Assembly (NCBI GenBank): GCA_051047955.1
Contig: JBPGPT010000006.1
Span: forward strand, 62,001 to 126,000
Source of the DNA: Cystobasidiomycetes sp. EMM_F5
Lineage: Eukaryota
Length of the DNA stretch: 64,000 bases
Direction: 5' to 3'
Under the pieces are notes generated by a model. The model saw nothing but the letters and a program-made list of their open reading frames with translations, was not told the origin of the DNA and did no database searches. This document shows positions 1 through 13,787 of this stretch, one piece after another (the first letter of the stretch is position 1; every line of letters begins with the position of its first letter). The position numbers were made by a program, and so were the translations under genes.

Positions 1-856
1 ATGTTGCTGATGTGTGATGGGTTGATCGAGGTAGACGTGGTAGCGTATGAAGCTGTGGTATCTAGGGGATACGATTGTTCCATCTGCCGGGTCATCGACC
101 CGCCCAGTGTTAAATCGCCCAACGTCTCAGATCCGGCTTTGTTCATGTAGAGCATAATCTTGGATGGCACGACAGGCAAGACAAGCAGGTCAGTACAGCT
201 GCTTTGAAATTGCGGAAAACAGCCTACCGTGCTCGTTAGCTTGTACGTGCCCTGCCTGCTCTTCTCGGAAGCCTCAAAGACGTGTATCGAGTCCCAAGCA
301 CCGCTCGTCTGCCCATCACCGCCCTTGCTCGTCTTCTTGAGCAGAACTACGCCGGCAAACGAAGTACCACTGCTGTCCTCGAGATCCCACAGATACACGG
401 ACGAGATGCCTGTTCCTTCGTAGTACATTTCGCGGTACACGGCAAAGGCATCATTCGCGGCCTGCTCGAGGTTTCGCAGCTTTGTAGACGGAACAGTACC
501 GCTGGGAATAGGTGGGATGTATTCGTTTGTCCAGGGTGATCTGGGCGGAATTGCAACCCACAACCCTACGTCAGTTCGGTGACATCGCAAACAGAGGTCA
601 ATCCCACGCACCGGTGAGCATCGCCCGAGCCTTGACCATCATCCTCCACCTCTGCAGAGTCGCGGTTGAAGTCGCAGGCGAGAAACTCGCGGCCAGACCC
701 GTCGACGAGGACCTTTAGCGGCTGGTCGACGGACGACAGCAGCTGGTCGGCCGTCTCATTGTACGGCCCGCCGAGGCAGTCGACTATGCGAGCCATGTGC
801 TCCTCGAGCTGCCATGGCGGGAGTCTCCGTGCCAGGTCGAGCAGCTCGTCGACCAT
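1..856 (-). CDS. CAP2: F-actin capping protein beta subunit (multi-exon; 3' end runs off the window)
   Basis: Joined exons give LDLARRLPP..LLSSVDQPLKV..FLACDFNRD..SPWTNEY..YREMYYEG..ISSVYLWDL..FAGVVLLKK..WDSIHVFE..YKLTST, matching CapZ-beta motifs. Confidence 0.93.
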
Positions 857-936
857 ATTTTGCGACTGGGTTGTGTCGCGTTGAAAAGGTGTCCACTTGA
901 ACTTGATTCAGCTTTCAGTCAAATGCAAACATAAAC

Positions 937-1806
937 ATGGCCAGGCCAACGCTGCGGCATGCACCGCTGAGCGAGCGTATACTCCAACTCGTGCGGGCGA
1001 GGCTGTCGGTGCCAGTCATCACATCGCTGCTTTTGCTGCCCATTCTGCCAGCATCGCAGCGCAACCTGGTCTTTGAGGTTTTGCCCTTCTGGCGGTCACT
1101 GAGCGTGCTTCTGGCAAGGGAATCCGCTACGAGCAGTGCGCGGCGTAGAAGGCAACTCGCTGATCTCCAGCAATGGCTCGCGTACTGGCTCATTTACGCC
1201 GTCTTGCGATTCTGCGAACAGACCAGACTGGCCGTGTCGAGGCACAATCGTCCGGCGTTTATCAGTATGCACACCGTCAAGCACCTGGTGCGCCAGTCGC
1301 TCGCACGCATACAACGACAAAGTATACCTCCTTCGATATCTACAGCCGACGTCACACCATCCCCTGCAGCTGCCGCTGTTGCCCTACCTTATCAACCCGT
1401 ACCTACTCTGGCAACGCAGATAGCGGGCACGGCAACGCGATGGACAGTTGTCAAGTGCATACTTCTCTTTTACGCAATGGATAATGAACTGCAAGGCGCT
1501 AGATGGATACTCGAAAAGCTCTTGAAGCCCTTTGCTTCCTTCTTCAAAAGTGTCGACGACCCTGCAGATTTGACGTGGGACGGGACGGATACCAGCAGGG
1601 ACCGCTCACAACGGCGGCATAGACCAAGATCCAGCGTTACAGATGGTGTGGAGAAGACTGACCAATCAGACAAGGACGAGGCGGTACGTACGTCGAGCCA
1701 TCTGGCTGCATATCACGCGCCATCTGAAACTTCACTCTCAGCTATGCACCCCAGCTCTCAGTATCGACATGAGCAGCACGAGCAGCTATGGGACCAGCCG
1801 CGATGA
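937..1806 (+). CDS. TB2/DP1/HVA22 (REEP/Yop1-like) family membrane protein
   Basis: 289-aa ORF containing LQQWLAYWLIYAVLRFCE and VKCILLFYAM..QGARWILEKLLKPF, typical of the HVA22 domain. Confidence 0.65.
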   Translation: MARPTLRHAPLSERILQLVRARLSVPVITSLLLLPILPASQRNLVFEVLPFWRSLSVLLARESATSSARRRRQLADLQQWLAYWLIYAVLRFCEQTRLAVSRHNRPAFISMHTVKHLVRQSLARIQRQSIPPSISTADVTPSPAAAAVALPYQPVPTLATQIAGTATRWTVVKCILLFYAMDNELQGARWILEKLLKPFASFFKSVDDPADLTWDGTDTSRDRSQRRHRPRSSVTDGVEKTDQSDKDEAVRTSSHLAAYHAPSETSLSAMHPSSQYRHEQHEQLWDQPR

Positions 1807-2089
1807 GATACAGATTACGCGAAACGCGTCTTCACACCCATCAGGACATGCGGAGAAAACGGCCAGCTGGACTATCGATGGGCTTGCAGAACATACGGAA
1901 GGCAGTATTTGGGTAGACTGAGTGAAGGTAGACAGATAGCGTGGTCTGTCTGTTGGTGCTTGTTGTTGTTTCAGTCACCATGTATCTTGATCAGTGCTGG
2001 CCGGTATTTGCCGTTTAGGTGTGGGTACTGGCTTGAAATTGGACAACTTGTAAAAGGCCACGCTCAACACAAACAGCCGGGCTGCTACA

Positions 2090-3314
2090 ATGTACGGCGC
2101 CTCTCGCACGCTGGTCGCGCAGACAGCGTCCAAAGCAGCAGCAAAGCGGACGTTTACCGCTTCAGCTGCTCGGAACCATTCGACGGCCTCGTTTGGCTCG
2201 GGCTACGACAGTACCATTCCCAACATCAACATCAACAAGAACACTCGCGTCATATCGTCCGGCTTCACTGGAAAGACGGTGAGCTTTTCGAGCCCGGACT
2301 GCCTGAAAAAGGGCGGCCGACTATGGCTCCGAAGGGTCATTGGAAACGTGTTTCGCTAAAACAGCATGCGGTGCTATTGCGCATCTGCTTGTATGACAGG
2401 CGACGTTTCACTGCAAGGAAGCGATAGACTATGGCACGCTGATGGTCGGCGGAGTCTCGCCAAAGAAAGCTGGACAAACCCATCTCGGAGTCCCCGTCTA
2501 TTCGACCGTAGCCGAAGCGGTCAAGCATGAGAAACCGCACGCCAATGTCGTCTACGTCCCGCCGCCGTTTGCCGCTCAAGCCATTCTCGAGTCCATAGAA
2601 GCAGAAATCCCCTTGATTGTTGCCATTACCGAAGGTATTCCCCAGCAGGACGAAGTCCGTGTCGCGCAGGCACTCAAGAGCCAAACCAAATCACGTATGA
2701 TTGGTCCAAACTGTCCCGGTATCATGCGACCGGAAACTGGCGGAGGATGCAAGATTGGCATTATGCCCGCCCGGATCTTCTCACCCGGAAAGATTGGCGT
2801 AGTGTCCCGGTCAGGTACCCTCACCTACGAAGCGGTGGACCAGACTACCCGCGTTGGTCTCGGTCAGACTCTATGCGTCGGTATTGGCGGCGACCCGTTC
2901 CCAGGTACTCAACATATCGATGTCATCAAGCTCATGCTTGACGACCCTGAAACGCAAGGTATGCAAGCACGTTAACACATTCATATGGTATTCATACTGA
3001 TCTCGCTGCTGTCGTATACAGGTATTGTGATTATTGGCGAAATTGGCGGAACTATGGAGGAAGATGCTGCGGCATACCTAGAGCAACACAACAAAACACG
3101 CAGCAACCCCAAACCTGTAGTTGGATTTATTGCAGGACGTACAGCGCCTCCAGGAAGACGCATGGGACACGCCGGTGCCATCATTTCCGGCGGAAAGGGC
3201 AAGGCGGAGGATAAAGTAGCTGCACTAGAGCGGGCGGGTGCCATCGTGTGTGATTCTCCAGCAAAGATTGGACAGACAATGCTCAAGGCTATGCGGGAAG
3301 CAGGACTGGCATAG
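2090..3314 (+). CDS. LSC1: Succinyl-CoA ligase alpha subunit, mitochondrial
   Basis: Presequence-like N-terminus, [41 protein letters not shown]; introns near 2279-2399 and 2959-3021. Confidence 0.97.
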
Positions 3315-3436
3315 GTTGTACAGAGTCTGCTGTTTTGATGCTGAGGTAAAAATGTTACAACAGTGCGAGATGGTATTTTTTGCGTGAACTCGACGCAACT
3401 CCGTTATTTGCACTGCCCAGGCACTGACCGCTGATT

Positions 3437-4790
3437 CTAGTGATTATCCAACCAATCCAACATATCCTTTAATACTACTTGTCTATCCTCATCGTCCGCT
3501 GCGTCCTTGCCTTTGCGCAGCAGAATATGCTCTTTACCCGGATACAGTCTGATCTGCTTATCTTTGCTTGAGCACTGCTCGTACAACCGCTGACTCCCAC
3601 TACGTAATGTCATATTAGCCAAGCTTCACAAATCTTGTAAGTCGGGACTACCTACCGATATTCTGTGACGCGATCGCCCGTTCCGTGCATTACGATGAAC
3701 GGAAGATTCACCTCATGTAAGCGGGCATTCATGTTGAGTATGCCTTGTAAGAAGCTCAGTCCCGTAGCTATGCGCAGCTTGCCAGAGTAGGTTTGCGGAT
3801 CGAGCTCAACTGGAACGACAGATCATCAATGAGACTACAGCGCATATCTCCAACGAGTTACTTACACTCCTCGTCAATTTGCGTGTCCCAAGTACCCTTG
3901 CCGCGATTTGCTTCAGCGAGGGGCCAACGTCCGGCAAACTTGCTAATAGCTCGTGCAAACAGCTCAACGAGGCTGCTTGGCCGCGACTCGGCTGCAATCT
4001 CCAGCATCGGACACAGTAGGACTGCTCCGTTGAGTTTAGGCCTTGTCCTGCCTAGTATAGGCTCGTGTGCTTGACCAGTAGCGGTATGATGCACGTCATC
4101 GAGAGCATCACTGATGGGTTTAGGCGGGTACTGTATAGTATAGAAGAGAGCGGTGAAGCCGCCCATTGACATGCCAACGACGTATCGTTTACGAGAGTCT
4201 AAATCCCTGTCGCTGACTCCTCCTTTCTTGTCGCGGTAGGCTACATCGCATATGACTGCATCCACAGCAGCAGCAAGGGAATCTACACTAGTGACGTAAG
4301 CGTGCAATCCAGTACTTCGACCGTGGGACCACAGGTCAGGAGCGATGAGGCGATATCCTCGATCCAGAAAGGCTTTGGCATGTTCTGCAAACTTGCCGCC
4401 ATAGTCGTTTACGCCATGACAGAGGTACAAGTCCTTGGCGACTCGCTTGGAAGGGTCCTTTGGCTGCCAGACCTGCACAAGTCTTCAATGAGCGAGACAA
4501 TGTGTCTGTTAGTTGCACGCGCAGCTCACCTGATAGAAGAGCCATTCTGACTTGTTATTGGGATCTTCACTGGTGTACAATCGTGCATCGTGGACGAGTA
4601 CCTCAGGATCATCACGCAAGGTTGTCTCTCGTGGGGAGAATGGGAGTTCGTATCGACCGTACGACGGATCTGCTGGAACTTTGCGAAGGATAGGATCTAT
4701 AAATGTGGTGACGAGGGATGACTGCTGAAGCGCGGGCGTGGGAATGCGATAGTACCACCTCTCGGACTCGGGCGGCATAAACGATGTCAT
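3437..4790 (-). CDS. Alpha/beta hydrolase, monoacylglycerol lipase/lysophospholipase family
   Basis: HGVNDY oxyanion region, DLWSHGRS, GMSMGG nucleophile elbow, HGTGDRVT and YPGKEHILL across several exons. Confidence 0.85.
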
Positions 4791-5036
4791 TGTGGAATAA
4801 GATATGAACGAGGAGACAATTTGTTAGTTGTTAGTAGACTGAGGATGGACTCGGATTAATCCAGTCGACGCAGAATCAAGCCTATTCGCTGGCTTTCCGT
4901 ACTACTTCCTACGGTCATCGTTGTCGTTTGGCAGCAAGACCGGCACCGATCATTGCCATTCGACGTATTGCTTCATTGTAATGACTGCTGACTCTCAGCA
5001 ACCCATGACCGATTACTGCCGTGCACCGCTGTTCGT

Positions 5037-7634
5037 ATGCGAGTCGCCCTCGCTCGCCGTGTCGTCGGCCGCCGTCTGCAGAGCAAAGCCCGGTTTATGA
5101 CGACAATGTCTCGAGATGTGAACACCCAGCCGGCGAGCAGCTCTGACAATATAATGGACTTGATTACTCCCTCCTCTCTCGACGGTCGCCGCTCGCCGTC
5201 CCAAGAGAGCTCCAGGTCTTCCTTCTCGTCTTCCCCGAATTCTAGAATACCTCATTCAAACCCAACAATGCCAGAGCAAGCGCACCTAAGCAGTCCTGAA
5301 GCCAGTGGAGGCAATGACAGAAAAGGAAAGCAAAGAGCAAGGGACGATAGTCTGGATCTGTCCGCAATACAGAATCTGAGCATCGAAGAGCAGCTAGAGA
5401 ACGCCATGCGTTCATCGCTCGTTGTCTCTGCGGGCAAAGAAATTACAGGGACAGCACGAGTGACGCTGCCTCGGTCTGCTTCATCAACAACATCACACAG
5501 TGTCTTCCCTGCACTAGACCGGAAACCATCAGGAGCACATATAACACGTCCAATCAGCCTGGCCCACGCTCCCAAGCGAAGGAGAAGCGACCGTCCACAC
5601 CCATCTCTGGAGCGGAAACGGTCTGCTTCAGTCACATCTGTGCGAGAGGCTTTAGCTGGCGACCCGCTAGCTTGGTTGCGCCAGTCTGTCCAAGAGCAGC
5701 GTGCTGGGCAGATGTCGCAATACTCGCCGTCGCTTGACGAAGATCTACCCAATCCGGAACAGCCTTCGACACCCACTTCCACCTCTTTCACTTTTCCACG
5801 CCAGGCTGCTCACAGGCGTACACCTAGCTCGGCTTCAGCCAAATCTGTTACCTCCACGACTACGACATCTCCAAGCCCTACCAAGAAATTTGATTATTCA
5901 GGTGCTATCTTACTGTCCTTCATATCAGGACAGGGACCTGTTCAAAAGCGAGTGCAAGAGCACGCCAGGCGATCGTCGGTTGACGCTCCGGCATCGCCCA
6001 CGAAAAGCACTCACCCATCCCCTCTAGCTCCACAACTGTCATCCTTCGAAAGCACCGACCCAAGTCATCCAGCTATTGCAGCGTTGGAAGCAGCAGCGGC
6101 TGGCGAGACTCCTAGCTCAACAGCCTCCGAAGCCAATCAGACAGGTCTAAGGAAATTTAGTCTGCCGTCCCTGTCATCCATACAAGCACCGTCATTTCCC
6201 AAATTACCAAATCTTCCAGACCTGTCCAGGATGTCCGCACCCTCTCTGCCCAGTATGCCTAGCATGCCCAAATTCGAGGCTCCGACCGTCAGCATGCCTC
6301 GTTTCAGCACGCCTGAATTGCCAAACGCTCGAGAATGGCTGCCCGACGCGTGGACAAAGGGTTTTGGTATGCGACAAGGAGAAGATCCCAGCAAAAAATT
6401 CATGGACGAGGAAGATCAAGCGGAGGAGGGCGAGCCAGATTGGGCTCGGATCAAGGTGAGTCGAACAAGGCACGTTTTGGGTCTGGAGCTTTCGACTGAA
6501 TTCCGGCTTCCGTATACAATAGGATAAATACGAGAAGCCGAAACTGCCGTTGGTTTTCCTTCATGGATTATTTGGCTTTTCCGTGTTGGGTCCAGCAAAT
6601 GTGCCTGCGCTGCAAATTCAGTACTGGCGTGGCGTTCGTGAAGCGCTAGAGGAGCTAGGGGTCGAGGTGCTCATGACGTCGTCACCTGCCAGCGGTAGTG
6701 AGTGACGACGGCACCTGTATATTCGATGAAAATCTGGCTTATATAATGCGACGTAGACATTGAGACTCGTGCGAAAGCCATCGCTCAACAAATCCACGAA
6801 AGATTCGAGGGCAGAGAGATTAATATTATTGGTCATTCGATGGTGAGTATCGGATACGAGTACGATATTTTAGCTGTTGCAGAGACACATTTATCTATCA
6901 GGGTGGTCTGGATGCCCGATACCTCATCACGCATCTTGCGCCGTTGACTTTCACTATTCGATCTATGACGACGATAGCAACACCGCACCGCGGCTCGCCT
7001 TTTGCAGACTATCTGCTTGATGATGTGATTGGCCGACGCAATCTGCCGTCTTTACTGAACGTCATGAACGCCATTCAATTGCCTGGCGGGGGGCGGGCGT
7101 TCGAAGCGCTTACGCTGTCCAAGATGGAGCGATTCAACGAGGAAACTCCGAATGATCCTGAGACAAAGTACTATAGCTACGGTGCACAATTCAGACCGAG
7201 TTTCCTCGAGTAAGGGTTTTTTGCCATTATTGTACTATGTCCGCAACATACTGAGGACTGCATTGTACACTCAGCGTCTTTCGCCTACCATGGTCTGTAA
7301 TTTTCGAGAAGGAAGGGGAGAATGACGGCCTAGTCTCGGTCAGCTCCGCTCAGTGGGGCGAGTATCTTGGAACTCTGGAGAACGTAAACCATCTTGACCT
7401 GGTAGGATGGGTCGGCCGTGTAAGGTACGCCTTTGCCGAAATGACAGGCAAAGCCATCAAGTTTAAACCGTACGTGATATTCCGCTAAGCACGCGAGTAT
7501 GATGGCTGAATCGAGGGACGAGCAGGGTGTCCTTTTATTTGAGCATAGCTGAGTGAGCCGAAACACCATTCCGCCTTCGGCATTGACTGACTTGGCTGTA
7601 TTTGATGAGACGCCTGGCTCAAGCTGGATTTTGA
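5037..7634 (+). CDS. Triacylglycerol lipase (TGL2-like) with long low-complexity N-terminus
   Basis: VVFLHGLFGF, IIGHSM|GGLD (split by an intron), TIATPHRGSPFAD, ENDGLVSV, NHLDLVGW. Confidence 0.85.
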
Positions 7635-7740
7635 AAGCAAGTCCAGATCACATGCGCATTCGGGGTGGAGCGAGCCCAATTATGATCGCATACGTGTTGT
7701 TGTAGCCGATAGCCGTTATTAGCAAGAGGTCGGAAGCCGC

Positions 7741-9080
7741 TTAATCAATGAGCGAGTCCAGAACTGCCTTCTCCCATGGTTTTAGCTCTGCTCCATTCGC
7801 GTCTTCATCGACAGTCTCCCCGTTGCTATCCCTGAGAGCAAAGATGTGCTCTTCGAATAGGCTCCATGGCAGGGCTTTGTACAATTTATCCGTAGCGTCC
7901 TCCCCATTGACACGATGTACTACATCTGGGTCGAGGGCAAACTGTCCTTGACGGGTTCGAACAAGCTCCACGATGTGCGCTGCACTCCCAAGGGCTATGC
8001 CAATGTCATGCACAAGGGTCCGGACGTATGTGCCAGATGATACTGTCATGATGATCTCGAAAGCAGGTGCGTCAGACAACGTGTTATCTTTCAGGCCGTT
8101 CTCTGTTTGTGACTTGTCTCCGTCGGATGGATTTCCGTCTTGCGACCTTACGGTTGTCGTCCCGTTGGCGGCTTCAATAATAGTCTCTAGCTTGCTGAAC
8201 ATTTGCAACTCTTCTTCGGAAACTTTGGCGTCAGGAGCGCGCCAGCTGTGCTGACTACCGTCACTCCAATTGGTCAGTTCTAGGTTATGAACCGTGACAC
8301 TCCGCTCGTCTATTGGTCGCGGCAGCGGAGTGCCTGTGCGGGCGTACTCGTACAACGCTTTACCATCCATTTTGAGAGCCGAATATCTAAGAGTGCAAGC
8401 ATAGAGCTTCTTCAGTATTATTTTTCAGACCAATCTTCGTTTACTCCCCTGCTCACATCGGAGGTAACTGCTTGATTTCGCCTCGAAACTGCTGCAGAAT
8501 AGCTTCCACCTTCTCGCGGGTTACATGTCGAAAGGGTGCCTCACGGACTCGCTTGCCTTGTGAATCGTAGGAGTCCGTGGCGCATCCAAGGAGACCGGTT
8601 GCGCGATACTCCTACAAGAGAACATGAGCTCTATATGCATGAGGATCCTCACGTAGCGAACCTGCCTTTGTTCCATGCAGAAAGCTGCCCAACTTCTTTG
8701 TAGCATCATTGATGCCGAGGACTGTGTACACATTCAGCGACTCAATACCTTAAATGTCATGGCATTCGACTCACCTAGTACACCACTTGCCAGTGGATCC
8801 AGCGTCCCGCCTTGACCGAGCTTGACTTTGTTGCCCCTCATCGGTCCTCGACGTCGCCTCTTGTTTCGACTGTTGGATGGCTTTTCTGCTGGCACAAAGA
8901 GCTCCGAAGTCGACAGCAGGTCATTGACGCTATTGAGCAGCTTCATCGTAACATGGCCCGAAGGCTTGTCGAGCGCAAATATGCCCGACAGCGGCAGTGA
9001 CTGGCCTGGGACTGCGTGCAAAATTGGGTCAAAATGGGCATCATTCGACGCCTGAGCACATGTAGCAGACCCTTTGGCAT
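7741..9080 (-). CDS. PUS4: tRNA pseudouridine-55 synthase (TruB family)
   Basis: GIFALDKPSG, KLGQGGTLDPLASGVL, ALKMDGKALYEYAR, VSSGTYVRTLVHDIG. Start ATG 9080 inferred via a short first intron. Confidence 0.92.
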
Positions 9081-9256
9081 TGTGGGAGCATATAACCAGG
9101 CTATTGTACAGGTTGGTGAGCAGAAAACCATTCCCGCTGCTGCCACACTGATGGCACGTGTAGTGTCTCCTCGTACGGGCAACACCTGTCGCCAATTTCC
9201 ATACCGCATCTTGCTCACCTCTCTGTCGTCGTCGTCTCTACTGACTACCCCTCGCC

Positions 9257-10683
9257 TTACACGATCTCCATGTCATCCCAATGTGCCTCGGTCCATAGGT
9301 GCTCCTCATACTCAAACGGCGTGTCGCGACCAACAATGTGAACGTCGACTGTCGGGCAGTGCTTCTGACCATGACCATGGTGAACCTCTCTCCGCACAGA
9401 GGGAAGCTGCTTGATCGGACGCCCCCGGTATTTGATTTGGTTGTTCTGCTCCTTCAGGATGTGAATCCGACTGTCCAGGGCGGCAGAGCGAAGCTTCACC
9501 CTGATGAGCAGATTAAAAGTCAAAAGGCCTCCTTGTAAGTGTCCCGAGTGCAAAGTGACTCACTCTTGTGTGATTTTGTTACTTAGCTGTTTCACGCGGA
9601 TCTCTTCCGACTGCAATGTATTGCTTTTTAGCGTTTCCTCCAGGCGTGCCAGCTTAGCGTGCAAGGGAGCGCAGTAAGCAGCTTCGTGCTCAGTAACTTC
9701 TGTCTTGAGGCCCTTGACTCGGCATCCGGCACCATGGAAGCTGCAACAATGCATGAGGCACTGGGTAGCATGGAGTTCGGTCTCGTTGACCTTGTGCTGG
9801 ATTGAGCAGGTGCTGAAGCCCAGCTGGTGAAGAAGTCAGACGATATATGCACAGGGTCAGTCTTGCCTGACTTACCCAAGGAAGTGCGCGAGTACATTTC
9901 ATCAAGCGGTAGCCGCAGTCTTTCTCGTGAGCTGCGACCGTGGGCGGCAGGCCCGTGAATTTACACCCTTCCAGACTGCAATTGATGATACGGTGCTCGC
10001 ACTGTCACAGAGCTTTAGCGCGACTCTTCCATCCTCGTTAGTGATACTGACATCTTTTTTCTCATGATTGCGGATGTCCCCGCAGAGACCTTTCCATTTG
10101 CAGCCATCATCCGATTCTAACATTCGTAGATTAGTAATTCACCTTGTGGATGGGTTGCGTATAGAGCCCACTGCTGCATTTGACTTGCAAACCCTGGATA
10201 AATCTGGCCGCAAAATGACGCTCTATTCTGAAATCGAGACCGAATTGTAAAAGAAGAAAGTCACCCTACCTTTCGATACCAGGATGATATCTGCCTCTCC
10301 AGTTGTGCTCGACTTTGACTTGACAGAGATAGCATTTGCTAGGAGGTCGAAGAGGGTCGATACATCCGATGCACACAATATGTCCGGATGTGCTGTATTT
10401 GTGGACATTATCAGCGCGGGCGGGAAGGATCCGTGACAGACAAAGTTACCTACCACATTGTCACCAGACCGTTCTTGCCCTCTGGGATGTCTTTGCACAC
10501 GATGCACTGTACATGAGAACGAGTAACGATCTATAAGATCACGATTTTGCCCATTGGGCTTGGCTGCGCCTACCTGCCAGTGTATGGCAATGTCATGCTG
10601 GAGGAAGAGCTGTAGCAACATCAGATCACTCCCTGTATGTATCTGCGAACGTTCTGTTAGCTTACCTCGAGCTCGTAGCCCAT
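9257..10683 (-). CDS. TRAF-like RING-HC (C3HC4) zinc-finger protein, probable E3 ubiquitin ligase
   Basis: Spliced reading MGYELE|LFLQHDIAIHWQ|CIVCKDIPEG..TMC|TSGHIVCIGC..KCYLC, then LQVKC, GCKWKGLCGDIRNHE, CSFHGAGC..EHEAAYC and a coiled-coil-like segment. Not visible as a single ORF. Confidence 0.7.
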
Positions 10684-11160
10684 TTTGTTTATAGAGTCTA
10701 GACGACGCGTTTGTCGCAATAGTAGTCGCGTTACTGAGCGAAATAGGAGCACGCAACCAGCACAATGTAGCAATCCGTCAGCTTAGCTGAAGGCTGAGGC
10801 GAGTGTGGATGGTGTGTCAGTAATTTGCAGCGAGTTGTTTGGAGGAAAGCAGAGACGCAGCTGCTGAAGCAGAAGGAGTGGAAAAGGGACCCGTTGAACT
10901 CGGTGGCAAAAACGTCTAGCTACAAAAAAAGATTTATTCCTCACTATCCTGCTGTCTATGCCACAGTTTACTGGAAGAAAGGCTACAAAAGTGATGTGTG
11001 GAGCTGGATTGACGGATGACGATTACGGGGATACAAGTTGGATTTGTGCCGGACGCGGATGGATTGCTACAAGCGTGGGATTGGTTCTGTGGTTTGAATA
11101 TTGAGTTGCTGTTGATATTGATAGCACTGTTTGAAACTTGAAGATCTGTAAACCGCCTTA

Positions 11161-13787
11161 CTACGATATGATACAGCTTGTAGATCGCGAGGTTTCGCCA
11201 CCTGGGCGCAAAGCGAATGAAGCACGTCTGGCGTGTTGTAAGAGAGTGTTCGGAGAAGCTATTGTTGATTTCGAAGGCTTTACACCACCTTCCAGAGCAA
11301 GACGGGCGGTCCTTGCCGAGCGTGCTGCAGCTTCAGCCTCATCGAGCTGTTGCCAAGTCCAAAAGGAATGAACGAGGCTGTCAAAATTGTGGACATCAAC
11401 CGAGTGTACAGTCACGCAGCGGAGTATCTTACACTTTCTGTTCGTCGCATTCGTTGAAACACCTCCCAGGTTGAGGCGAGTCGAGGTATTCGAAATGACG
11501 GTTCTCATAGGTACGAATACCGCGTCGTGTCCGTACAAGCTGAGCGTTCTCTGTAATGATACGAAGAAGATGGAAGCATAAGCAGTTGTTTATGGAAAAT
11601 CCAGCAGGAATTTTTACCTTTGAAGGTCTGTCTGCCGATAGCGCGACAATCCACAATTGACAGTTCGGCGTTCTTCATCTTCTGTTGTCGAACATGATGC
11701 AAGAATGCTTTCAAGAACTGATCAGATATGCGGTATGAGTTGGAACATTCCAGCTTTTGTAGCCTAGGTGATCGCCGAATCAGGCGAAGGAGAGCTGGCT
11801 CGGTGAGTTCTGGCATGTTGGTCAGCACAACGCACTCGAGAGGTGCTTCCGAGGTTCGTCGCCGATGTCCTCCTACTGAAGTGTTGATTGCTGCCAGAGC
11901 CCGATCGGTCAAGCTAATAGCGTCTTCCAGGTCAAGTTTCCTCAAGTGCTTGAGAGTCTCAAGTAGCTTGACAACACCTCCGTCCCGTAGCGACGAGCCT
12001 ATACTGGCCATTTCTAGGACTTCCAGACCAGACAAGCTGCCAGCCAAATGCTGGCAAGTCTGGTCAGTCAGACGAGAACAGCCAGACAATCGGAGCTGCT
12101 TGAGATCGCACAAAGACCCTGCAGACCAATCTTTGAATGCGGCATCGGATATACCGCGGGAGTAGCCAAAATCTAGCACCTCCAGTGCAGGGAACCGCGA
12201 AGGTATGGCAGCAACCGTCGCGTCATCCATACTGGGTATCTTGGCTGAATAGAGCTTGATTAAGCCTGGCTGGCAGATATCAAGCAGTGCCGCTGCGAGC
12301 AGGTTGCGGCAGAGCGTAACATCTAGCACCTGCAACTTATCTGTAGCACTAGGAATAATCACGTCACATGTAGAACTCGTAACAGCTTGAACGGCGCGGA
12401 GTCTGAGCTCGCGTATCTCTGGTGAGCGGACAAGAAGGAAATGCAGCGACCTTGTTGATATGGATCGACAGCCCGTCAGATCAATTGAGGTCAGCCTAGT
12501 GAGGTAAGAGGATCCGGTGCATCCTTCCACGATAGTCAAAAGGTCATTTCCCTGCATGTCTGCATAATAACGGAGATCCAAGGTCCGCAGGAAGGATCCA
12601 GCAACGCGAGCTAAAGTAGCCAAGCCATTCAAGTTGAAAGTGTCAGGTCCGAGAGTCGACGAGATACGGATGTGCTTCCATAGCTGACCGTCGAAAGCCA
12701 TATCTCTCCACGCTTTCGATACGCCGCTTAACCGGACCAAATCGCGGAGACCCCCTTTTTGGCCCACCCAAGGGTTCTCACAAGCACGTGCGAATGTATA
12801 GTCATCGCTTTGTACTCGAGCCTCGTACTCGTCGATGCTACTCTGGACGACTAAGGCAAGGATTCGTACACGAATCTCGCGCGGGAGCATGGAGTCGTAG
12901 GACGTTACAATTGTCTGCACTTTGGTAGCCGAATCAGCTATAGTACTGATATCAGCGTCTACAAAGTCATTGAGACCGTCCGTAGCAGGGAAGTACGACG
13001 ACCCTGCAGATGAAGCAGTGGTATCCGGACAGGCAAAACTCGATGCAGGGAAAAAGGTGGAAGGCGAAGGCGACAGCTGAGAAGATCTATGTGATACGAC
13101 TATACTGCTGGGCCTGGTTCGGAAGAAGCCAAGTCTGTCTGTAGAAGGCGTAGGAGTCAGAGCAGGAGTTGTGGGAGCCGATCTAGCGGAAGAAAAGCGT
13201 TGCTTGAACTTGCTCAGTCGCTTGTGCTTCAGTGGGAATATTGACAAAGACGGAGAGGACTGTTGTGCAGCTCGAACCGTAGCTTCTCGCCGCTCAAGCA
13301 CAGGCCGGGCAGGTGTCAGGCGGGTAAATGACTTGGCCCGTTGTTGCGACTTGAGTAGAAATCGACGTGTTCTCGATCCTGCAGATGGATTAGAGTCCGC
13401 AGACACCTCAACAGTATTCGAGACCTCTAGCAACGGCTGAGGATCTCGCGAGATTCCCGCTCCTGACCCCGCACTCCCACTCAATGTGGGGTCATGTATT
13501 GTAGGCACTTCAGCCTGGGCGTGCTGATCAAGCAGCGGAACGCCCTCGACCAAGCCACGCGACAGAATTTCAGACATTGAACCCAGCGTACTTGCTCGAC
13601 GGCGATGGGCGGCGTTCGCGCTTCGATTCAGTGGCGGCGAGCATGATAGATTGGAGAAGGCAGAAATGGACGTCGCGGTGGGCGATGTGGATGAGCGAGT
13701 ACTGCCAATATCGCTCCATATCCCGTCATCTGCCGTCGTTTGGCTGAATCCGCTAGAGGATCCAATGGACATTGCTCGCGCCATCAT
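11161..13787 (-). CDS. F-box/leucine-rich repeat protein (FBXL2/20-like) ending in a CaaX motif
   Basis: LPREIRVRIL..VSKAWRDMAFDGQLW F-box, multiple LxxLxLxxC LRRs; last exon ends SCIIS*. Confidence 0.88.

Noticed and set aside
8734..9260. Open frame running from just downstream of the RING gene into PUS4, suggesting a fusion
   Set aside because: The RING gene has its own stop at 9257 and PUS4 has a plausible ATG at 9080; a fusion needs an unsupported extra splice.
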